This document shows positions 37,798-45,623 of a DNA stretch of 58,861 nt, one piece after another. Position 1 is the first letter of the stretch; each line of letters opens with the position of its first letter. The position numbers and the translations under genes were made by a program. Location: positions 1 through 58,861 of the forward strand of contig CAKOVG010000003.1 in NCBI GenBank assembly GCA_934121875.1, read 5' to 3'. A model generated the notes under the pieces. That model was not told the DNA's origin and did no database searches. It saw only the letters and a list, made by a program, of their open reading frames with translations. Origin of the DNA: an uncultured Clostridia bacterium. GTDB taxonomy: Bacteria > Bacillota > Clostridia > TANB77 > CAG-508.

Positions 37798-40239
37798 TTA
37801 AGTTTTTTTATTTATTTTAGTAACTATTACTGTCATGTCGTCCTTTTTCATTCCAAATTCACTGTCTATTGCTTCATTTAATATCATATTTGCTATTTGT
37901 TGTGCATCATCTGAATTTATATCTTCTAGCAAATATTTTATCCATAGTTCCTTATTTATATATTCTGTATTAGCATCTATAACTCCATCTGAACACATTA
38001 CTATAATATCTCCATCTTCTATGTCATAGTCATATACTATCAAATCGTTTTTTTCCATAATTCCTGCTGGCAATGTAAGTGATTTTAATAATTGTACTTC
38101 TTTATTTCTTTTTACAAATGTTGGACATGCTCCATTTTTTATAAATTCCATATTGCCTGCATATAGGTCTAATATTTGTATATCCAATGTTGTATACATA
38201 TCTTCTTTTGTATTTGCTATTAGGCTTGAGTTAATTAGCTTTACAGACGTTTCTTTATTAAAACCAGCTTTTAATAATTTTGATAGCATATTTATTGCAA
38301 TTTTGCTACTTCTGTTGGCATCTTCTCCTGACCCCATTCCATCACTTAATGCCAATAAGTATTTTCCATCTTCTAGTTTTGCCTCTATATTGCTGTCTCC
38401 TGAAACTTTTGAGCCTTCTTTTGTTGAAGTTGCCACCCCTACTTGTAGTTTATATTTGTCTTCTGAATAATATGTAAATCTACAAGTGTTAGTTTGTTCT
38501 CTTAAACTACAGCTTTGCGCTTGTATTATAAATTTTGTTTGTAGCACTTTTTCTAATATTTTGCTTATTTTTTTTATATTGCATTTTTTACCATCTATGT
38601 CATCACATTCTGGTGTAAACACTTCTACAAAGTATCTACCTGATGTGGCTTTTTTTATTTTTATGTTATTTATTTTAATTTCTTTTTGCTGTAGCAGGTT
38701 TATAATTTCTTGTTTTTGGTCTTCAAAAGGATCTTTTTCTTCTTGTTTTATACTTTCTGCCATTTGAGATATTGCTTCTGATACTCCTTCTAATTGTGAA
38801 GATACATTCTTTTTATTTTCTTCCATTTTCATTTTCCATATAAAATTTACTTTGCTAACTCTATATGCTGAATTTATTGCTTTTATCATTTTTAATATAT
38901 CGTTTTCAGCTGTACTTCCACTTTGTTTAAAACCTACTATATACAAATTGTGTTTTTCAAAAATATTTGCCAATTCTTTTTCTGTAATAATTTCATTTTT
39001 TAATAAATGTTTGAATATTTCATCTACAATCCCACAATTATTTTGTGCTATATCTTCATATAGCAAGTTATTTTCTAAGTCTGATATGTTTACATCTAGT
39101 TCTTCTTTAAATACCTGTTCATTTGATAGTTCTTGTGCTTTTATGTCTTTTTCTTCTAATACTGTACTAGCTGCTTCTTCATAGCTTTTAGCTAAATCTG
39201 CTATTGTTTGTGACATACTATTTAGTTTAAATACTGTATCTTCATTTTCTGTTAAAGCTCTAGTTGTAGTCTCTGGAAGTAATTTATCTTTTCCAAACAA
39301 ATCTTGTATATCTATACTAAATCTTTTTGGCACTGCTAATAAACCGAGTGAAGCTATTAGTATTTCTTGAATTAGAATTACTGGTACTGTGTTTCCATTT
39401 GCTGCATATGTTAGTATAACATTTCCTATAATGAAACCTACTATTACTCCTATTTTTCCTAATTTGTAGAATATTCCTGCCACTAATCCTGATATTGCAT
39501 AAGATGCTACCATAACTGGTTCATTGCCCGCAATTATTCCTAATACTGTTCCTATTGTTATACCACTTGTAGCTCCTACTAACATTCCGTTTTTCCAGCC
39601 TAATATTAGCACTAATAATATACTTAGGATATTTTGTATACTAAATCCAAATATTTTTAGGTCGCCTAATGCACAAAAAGTAATTGCTAATAATAGGCTT
39701 GTTCCTATTACTTCTTCTATTGAGAATGCTTTTTTTGTTCCTATTTCTTGTAGCATTGTTATTGAGTTTGTAAATATTTTATAAAATACATAACTTGATA
39801 TTGCTAACATTATACTTGTTAATAAATCATACACATAAAAATTTGTAAAGAACATTGGCACTATTTGCACCATTAATACTGCAAATAATAGATGAATTCC
39901 TACTTTTTTTTGCTCGTTTAATTCTTCTTGTTCTTTTGGCTTTTTTATTAGTAGTAATACAAAAAATACTAATGTTGTTAAAAAATATGTAAGTAAGCTG
40001 TTACTCCCAAAAGCAACAAAAGTACCTACTAATGTTAGTATGTATACAAAACCTATTGGCATACGGTTGCTCAGCATTGCCGCTAAAAAACTAATAGCAA
40101 AAGGACTTATGCTAAGTATAAGGCTTTGACTTCTAAATCCTACCATTGAAATCATTATTGATATTATATAAATAACAATATTTTGTACATTAAAAAGATT
40201 TTTTAATATTTGTTTTGCTGTTTCGTTATTATTAAACAC
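37798..40239 (-). CDS. spoIIE: stage II sporulation protein E (membrane PP2C phosphatase)
   Basis: The N-terminal ~330 aa of the 813-aa protein are polytopic membrane. A central regulatory region follows, then a C-terminal PP2C domain (LALSDGMGSGEDA..., IIVMCSDGV..., DDMTVIV). It has a GTG start with an AGGGGTGG RBS. Confidence 0.85.
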   Translation of the reverse strand: MFNNNETAKQILKNLFNVQNIVIYIISIMISMVGFRSQSLILSISPFAISFLAAMLSNRMPIGFVYILTLVGTFVAFGSNSLLTYFLTTLVFFVLLLIKKPKEQEELNEQKKVGIHLLFAVLMVQIVPMFFTNFYVYDLLTSIMLAISSYVFYKIFTNSITMLQEIGTKKAFSIEEVIGTSLLLAITFCALGDLKIFGFSIQNILSILLVLILGWKNGMLVGATSGITIGTVLGIIAGNEPVMVASYAISGLVAGIFYKLGKIGVIVGFIIGNVILTYAANGNTVPVILIQEILIASLGLLAVPKRFSIDIQDLFGKDKLLPETTTRALTENEDTVFKLNSMSQTIADLAKSYEEAASTVLEEKDIKAQELSNEQVFKEELDVNISDLENNLLYEDIAQNNCGIVDEIFKHLLKNEIITEKELANIFEKHNLYIVGFKQSGSTAENDILKMIKAINSAYRVSKVNFIWKMKMEENKKNVSSQLEGVSEAISQMAESIKQEEKDPFEDQKQEIINLLQQKEIKINNIKIKKATSGRYFVEVFTPECDDIDGKKCNIKKISKILEKVLQTKFIIQAQSCSLREQTNTCRFTYYSEDKYKLQVGVATSTKEGSKVSGDSNIEAKLEDGKYLLALSDGMGSGEDANRSSKIAINMLSKLLKAGFNKETSVKLINSSLIANTKEDMYTTLDIQILDLYAGNMEFIKNGACPTFVKRNKEVQLLKSLTLPAGIMEKNDLIVYDYDIEDGDIIVMCSDGVIDANTEYINKELWIKYLLEDINSDDAQQIANMILNEAIDSEFGMKKDDMTVIVTKINKKT

Positions 40240-40297
40240 TTTTTACCACCCCTACTTTTTTAATTTGCATATATTTTAGTACAAGCTGTTTAAAATG

Positions 40298-40312
40298 TTT
40301 GTCGTTTTTAGT
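40298..40312 (+). promoter_or_regulatory. copy C of the recurring motif TTTGTCGTTTTTAGT in the spoIIE promoter region (candidate Spo0A box)
   Basis: It lies about 59 nt upstream of the spoIIE start. On the gene strand, AACGACAAA is followed about 20-21 nt later by TAAAAT. This is an over-long spacing like the Spo0A-activated spoIIE/spoIIG promoters of Bacillus. Confidence 0.5.
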
Positions 40313-40424
40313 ATGCAAATAAAAAAAGTTTTCTATCTTTTTTGCTATCTTTAGTGTTTTTATTTATTTTTTCTTTTTATACTTGATATATTTTACATTA
40401 TTTTTACTGTTTTTTCAATACAAA

Positions 40425-40466
40425 CAAAAAGAAACTCTATAAATTTCTTTATAGAATTTCTTTTTT
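40425..40466 (-). terminator. intrinsic terminator of the two-gene surface-protein operon
   Basis: GAAACTCTATAAA (40431-40443) pairs with TTTATAGAATTTC (40448-40460) with one mismatch. A-runs and T-runs flank it, and it lies just past the stop at 40473. Confidence 0.6.
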
Positions 40467-40472
40467 GGTTAT

Positions 40473-43400
40473 TTATTTTTTAAGAACTTTTTTCTTAATG
40501 AATATTACTGCTCCTGCAAGTATTACTACTACCGCTATTCCTATGCCGTAATATAAGTAGGTATCACCAAATGGTGGTAGTATTACTACTGGCTCTGCCA
40601 TGCTTGAGTCTGACTCTTGTGGCTTTTCACTTGGTTTTTGGTTACCTTGTATTGAGAATGCCATTCTTCTACCTACAGTGTTTGTTGTTGCTACAATTTC
40701 AGCTATGTTGTTATATACCATGTCGTCCTGATCATTTTGCGCTGTAATTGTTTGAGTTAGTATTAACTGTGTTTTTGTATATGTATCCGCATTTCCTTTT
40801 ACGCTTTCTGTTGCAGGAATTAATTTTTTATTTAGTGCTTCTGTTGTAATTATTGTATTATAATTTTTTAATTCCTTTCCAACATCGTCATTTACATATT
40901 TTCCATTTGTGTATAGTTCTTGTGTTGTTACAGCTTTCCAACCCCATTCAGCTTTGTTGCTTGCTTGTCTATATTGTAAGTTATTAGCTACATAGTCTGC
41001 TATTAAATCTGCTGAAGTTCTTACTATATTAGCTGCATTTCCTATTTTTCCAGTATAATAGAATTTTGTTTCGTTATAGTCTACTTCGCCAATATTTTTT
41101 ACTGTCATAATATATGTTATTTGAATTGTTGCACCATGTGTTAGCTCTTTATCCATTGTTGCTTGAATTAACCCTTCTGGTTGTTTACTTATGTTTTGTA
41201 ATATTTTATTTCTTAAATTGTCATAAACTTTTGTTGGATTATTTTTGTCTGTTCCATATGTTGGATAATAATTATTTTTCTTTTCTGAGCTTACATCATA
41301 TGGGTTCTTTACAATCCATCCCATGTTATCTACAGTTTGGTTCGCATCAAATAATATATTTTGATTTGCTAGTACTATTTTTACATTACTTACTTTTTTG
41401 TCAAGTTCTAATTGAGCTTTTGGTCTTTCTTCTAGACCAAAGTCTACATTTTGAATATGATATTTACCATTTCTGTCGTTTCCATTTAGGTAGTTAATAT
41501 TGTTATAACCATTACTACTAATTTCGTCTTTTTCACTGTTTACTCTGTTGTATTCTCCTTCAATTGCTATTACTCCAGTATCTGCAATCATTTGTAAATT
41601 ACTGTCTTTTAATGTTTTATCATTATTCAATCGATTTGCAAGATCATATTTCATACTTCCATTAGAATAGTTATTTACAGCTTGTCTGCGTGACCAAATA
41701 TCTTTTGCATCTGAATATTGGTTTTTAGCTGCATCTGCCTTTTCAATATCATATCCATATGTTCCTGTTTCGTTTTGTTTTTCTATATCAGTATATCCAT
41801 AATATGTCGAATCATTTCCAGTATTTGTCTTTCCACTTTGATTTATTTCAGCTTGATATGTTGTTGATTTAAAGTCTTGTCCATTATAGCCTTTAGTTGT
41901 TGCTGTTACATCTCCTCCATATGTAAATCTTATAATGTAGTTACCTGGAATAAATCCTTCAAAACTATATGCACCTTCTTTGTTAGTTTCCATTGAATTT
42001 TTTTGCATAACAGCTGGTTTTTGTAGTTTTCCATCTTTTAGTACTTCTAACATTTCAACTTTTATTCCTGGAATTCGTAATTCTTTATTTTCTTTGATTC
42101 CATTTCCAATATATGCATCATTTACTTTAGTATTTCTCTTATCTTCCCAAGTTGTTCCACTTATTTTTCTTATTAAAGCGTTATCAACCCATACTCTAAT
42201 TCCTTTAGCACGGTCTGTATCATCTTCAAATGTATATTCATATGTTCCGTCTCTTAGAGTTCCTGTCACTCTAAAGTTGCCTGGTTTAGAATCATAATCA
42301 ATAATTCCTGCTACATCTCTTGAATTTTTAGTAATTCCATTTGGTAGTTTTGTTCCATTTGCATAAAATGTTGAATAACCATTAATTTCTGCAATATTGT
42401 GTTTATCATTATCAATATCAACTTTATTTGCCTTTTCATTTACTTTAAATGTCAAATACAAGTATGCATCATCTCCAGCTGCTAATTTTGTATTTGCTAA
42501 TCCATTTAAATATATTTTATCATAACCTGATAAGCTATATTTTGTTTCTTGAGCATATTCTCCGTTTAAGTTTGTTGAAGCAGTTTTAAATTTTCCACTT
42601 CCAACTTTAGTTTCTCCTGTTAGTATACTATAGTACTCACTTGGCTTAATTTTTACATCATCCCACATTGCCCATGAGTATTGTGGTGTATATGTGTAAG
42701 TATTATCATAGTAGTCTACTACTTCATCTATTCTAGTTAATATACCTTCTGATTGGTTTCTTATTCTAATTTTATATGTTATATATACCTCAAGTTTATT
42801 AACTCCACTATATTGGTAATCAGATGGATATAATGCTCTATTATATGTTGTTCCATAGTATGTTCCATTTTCTAATCTTGTTTGAATTTCCCAATAAGCA
42901 TCTTGGTCTGTTCGTTTATCATATTGGTATGTTTCTGTTTTGCCATTAATTTTTATTGTAGCTTTATATACATCTTTTTGTAATGCTAAATCTGCTTTTG
43001 GTCTTCTCCATAAACCACAGTTTACGAAAAGCTGTCCTTCATATACGTTTTTATAAGTTATATTACCCTTTGATAGTGCTAGTTCTCCAAAGTATTTTAT
43101 CTCTCTATTATCTGCTGGATCTAATGCATCACCATTTACTCCATTTTTTACTAATGTATAATTAGAATATGTAGTTACACCACTTGCATATGTTCCTTTT
43201 GAATAACTGTTATTAGGCGCTTTATTTCCTGCTACAATATATGTTGTAAAGTAATCTATAGTTGGATATTGATCAAATGCTCTTGCGTTACTTGCTGCTT
43301 GATTTTTAGTCCAAGCACTAATTTTACAATCTTCTATAAACTGAAATTTCTTCCATAATTGAGTATCTCTTCCGGCTATTTTACTATATATTTCTTGTAA

Positions 43401-45605
43401 ATCTGGATATTTTCGGTTTGTTTTTATATACTCTCTAATTGCTTTACTAATTAAACCTTCTTTAAATGTTCCATTTTCATTTATTTTTCCATTTTTCACT
43501 TCCAAATATGTATCAATAAGTTGATTATTTGCATTATATACATATTTGCCATTTGGTTGTAAAGTAATTCCTGCTAGTTCGTAAATTGTAAATACTTCAT
43601 TATATTTACCATTTAAGTATCCTAGTGAATTTTCTGATATATAGTTATGTGGTGTAGAACCTATAGAAGCAAATTTTTCATCATACTCATTTCTTTCTCC
43701 AGTTATTTCAGTTACCTTTGATGTCGAGTTCCATATATCATTAGAAGTTACAGAACTATATTGTCCATTTTTTGCTATTTGTTTAGCATTTGTTCCACTT
43801 GCTCCCTTAAAATATTCTGTTGGTGTATATGTTTGCCCATTATATGTAAATTTAACTACATAGTCTTTAGTTGGGTCTAGTCCTCTAAATTCATAATATC
43901 CTTTTTCATCTGTTAATGTTGGATTTATTCTACGAGTATAATCGGCTGGATCATTTATTTCAGCTTGAGTTGCAGATAATTTTTCTTGTTTTAATGTTGC
44001 AAGTTTTGCTAATGTTAATGTACCATTTTTTTCTACTTTATATAGTGTAACTTCTACATTTTTTAACATTTTGTCATTGTTTTTATTTAATGTTCCACTT
44101 GCTACATTGTCTTTTCCTGATAAGGCATCTTCAAATACAAATCCTCCAATTTTCATACTTGTATTAAATAAGTCTTCTCTACATGTAATTTCAAATTCTT
44201 CTTCTATATAATATCTGCGTGCATATTCTACTGTTAAACCTGGCTGTGAATCAGTTGTAAAATTTATTTTTGCTTTTCTTCCTCTACAGTCATCACATCT
44301 TCTAGTATGTCCTCCACAATTTTTCTTGCCACAAGTATAAGTGTGTGTATGTCTGTTTGTATGTCCTTTGCAATAGTCATCAACATAATATCTTCCTGCT
44401 TCTCTTTCACATATTTCCATTTCACATTTTAAATATTTAAAGTCAATATGTAATTTTACCGACCCTACTATTTCTTCTGGAAAATCAAATTCAACATAAA
44501 ACTCATCGTTTGGATGTGGATATGCTTTTTGAAAAGCTAAAAAGTCAATTAGGTTTATATTATAAACTTGTTCTTTTCTTATCCAATTGCTAAAGTATGA
44601 TGAATTTTTTCCTTCTTCTGAATCAGCAGGATACATTTTAACTATATTTGCATTAGCATAAACTTGAGATGCAGTATAATCTATAGCTTTTTTAATTATA
44701 AGATTTTTAATTTCTATTTTATTTCCTGCTGCATCTACTAAATACATATTAGTAATTCCTCCAAAAGATGCTGCTTCTACTACTGAACCACTTTCATATA
44801 CATAACCATCAACATAATCAATTTTAAAAGGTCCTAGTTTTCCAACTTTATCAACTTTATCTATGTTTAGAGCAACTTCGTCTTCACTTAGTAGAGATTT
44901 TGGTTTCATTCCAGTTTTTCCGTCTTTGACCTCTAATATTTTTTCATAGAACTTTTGATATTCTCTTGAAGCCTTTAAAACCCATCTACCTTCTTCTTCT
45001 TGATAACTTTTTCCTGATTTACTTGCAGCATATTGGTGTGGGTTTACTAATTGAGACTGCCATATTGCCTGTTGTTTTGCTGGTGCCCATACAGCTTCTG
45101 GAAGTTTACTATCTGGCTTATAGGAAATTATGAATGCAATATCATGTAAATTGCTATAATAATTTCCATCCTTTCCATAATATGTAGATGTTTCAGTAAA
45201 ATGTCGTCCTATACATCTATAATATGTATCACTATAATATTTTAAATATGTATTCACATGTGGTGCTTCTCCGCATGCAGTATATGGACTATCTGGAGTT
45301 GTATTTACTATATTTTGAATTTGTTGTTTTGTTTTTGCATAATCATTCGCCATTCTTACACGAGTTCCTGGCGATATACAATAAAGTTCTTTTTTTCCTT
45401 CTGCCTCTGGTCTCCAAAGCCTAGTTCCCATTTTTATTTCAGCATTTAATTTTACTTCACTACAAGTTCCATTAAATGTTTCATTTTTATTTAAGTTTCT
45501 TTCTTCATATTCTAATGGAATTGCAAAACTAATTCCAAATACTAATATAAACATGGCTACTACACTTAAACTAAAATATTTTAATATGCATAATATTTTA
45601 TTCAT
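40473..45605 (-). CDS. 1,710-aa surface protein: thioester-domain-like N-terminus, Cys/His cluster, SdrD-B-like and DUF11/TIGR01451-like modules, C-terminal TM anchor
   Basis: After a signal/TM N-terminus come LYCISPG (Cys76) and KQQAIW (Gln178/179). SdrD-B-like modules are present (GGFVFEDALSGKDN...TDEKGYYEFRGLDPTKDYVVKFTYNGQ; ISGTTWEDKRN...NKEGAYSFEGFIPGNYIIRFTYGG). A DUF11-like ending (IIDYDSKPGN...EDDTDRA) is also present. The C-terminus is VILPPFGDTYLYYGIGIAVVVILAGAVIFIKKKVLKK. An AAGGAGG RBS lies 18 nt after the upstream stop. Confidence 0.85.
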   Translation of the reverse strand: MNKILCILKYFSLSVVAMFILVFGISFAIPLEYEERNLNKNETFNGTCSEVKLNAEIKMGTRLWRPEAEGKKELYCISPGTRVRMANDYAKTKQQIQNIVNTTPDSPYTACGEAPHVNTYLKYYSDTYYRCIGRHFTETSTYYGKDGNYYSNLHDIAFIISYKPDSKLPEAVWAPAKQQAIWQSQLVNPHQYAASKSGKSYQEEEGRWVLKASREYQKFYEKILEVKDGKTGMKPKSLLSEDEVALNIDKVDKVGKLGPFKIDYVDGYVYESGSVVEAASFGGITNMYLVDAAGNKIEIKNLIIKKAIDYTASQVYANANIVKMYPADSEEGKNSSYFSNWIRKEQVYNINLIDFLAFQKAYPHPNDEFYVEFDFPEEIVGSVKLHIDFKYLKCEMEICEREAGRYYVDDYCKGHTNRHTHTYTCGKKNCGGHTRRCDDCRGRKAKINFTTDSQPGLTVEYARRYYIEEEFEITCREDLFNTSMKIGGFVFEDALSGKDNVASGTLNKNNDKMLKNVEVTLYKVEKNGTLTLAKLATLKQEKLSATQAEINDPADYTRRINPTLTDEKGYYEFRGLDPTKDYVVKFTYNGQTYTPTEYFKGASGTNAKQIAKNGQYSSVTSNDIWNSTSKVTEITGERNEYDEKFASIGSTPHNYISENSLGYLNGKYNEVFTIYELAGITLQPNGKYVYNANNQLIDTYLEVKNGKINENGTFKEGLISKAIREYIKTNRKYPDLQEIYSKIAGRDTQLWKKFQFIEDCKISAWTKNQAASNARAFDQYPTIDYFTTYIVAGNKAPNNSYSKGTYASGVTTYSNYTLVKNGVNGDALDPADNREIKYFGELALSKGNITYKNVYEGQLFVNCGLWRRPKADLALQKDVYKATIKINGKTETYQYDKRTDQDAYWEIQTRLENGTYYGTTYNRALYPSDYQYSGVNKLEVYITYKIRIRNQSEGILTRIDEVVDYYDNTYTYTPQYSWAMWDDVKIKPSEYYSILTGETKVGSGKFKTASTNLNGEYAQETKYSLSGYDKIYLNGLANTKLAAGDDAYLYLTFKVNEKANKVDIDNDKHNIAEINGYSTFYANGTKLPNGITKNSRDVAGIIDYDSKPGNFRVTGTLRDGTYEYTFEDDTDRAKGIRVWVDNALIRKISGTTWEDKRNTKVNDAYIGNGIKENKELRIPGIKVEMLEVLKDGKLQKPAVMQKNSMETNKEGAYSFEGFIPGNYIIRFTYGGDVTATTKGYNGQDFKSTTYQAEINQSGKTNTGNDSTYYGYTDIEKQNETGTYGYDIEKADAAKNQYSDAKDIWSRRQAVNNYSNGSMKYDLANRLNNDKTLKDSNLQMIADTGVIAIEGEYNRVNSEKDEISSNGYNNINYLNGNDRNGKYHIQNVDFGLEERPKAQLELDKKVSNVKIVLANQNILFDANQTVDNMGWIVKNPYDVSSEKKNNYYPTYGTDKNNPTKVYDNLRNKILQNISKQPEGLIQATMDKELTHGATIQITYIMTVKNIGEVDYNETKFYYTGKIGNAANIVRTSADLIADYVANNLQYRQASNKAEWGWKAVTTQELYTNGKYVNDDVGKELKNYNTIITTEALNKKLIPATESVKGNADTYTKTQLILTQTITAQNDQDDMVYNNIAEIVATTNTVGRRMAFSIQGNQKPSEKPQESDSSMAEPVVILPPFGDTYLYYGIGIAVVVILAGAVIFIKKKVLKK

Positions 45606-45623
45606 TTATATTTCCTCCTTTCT

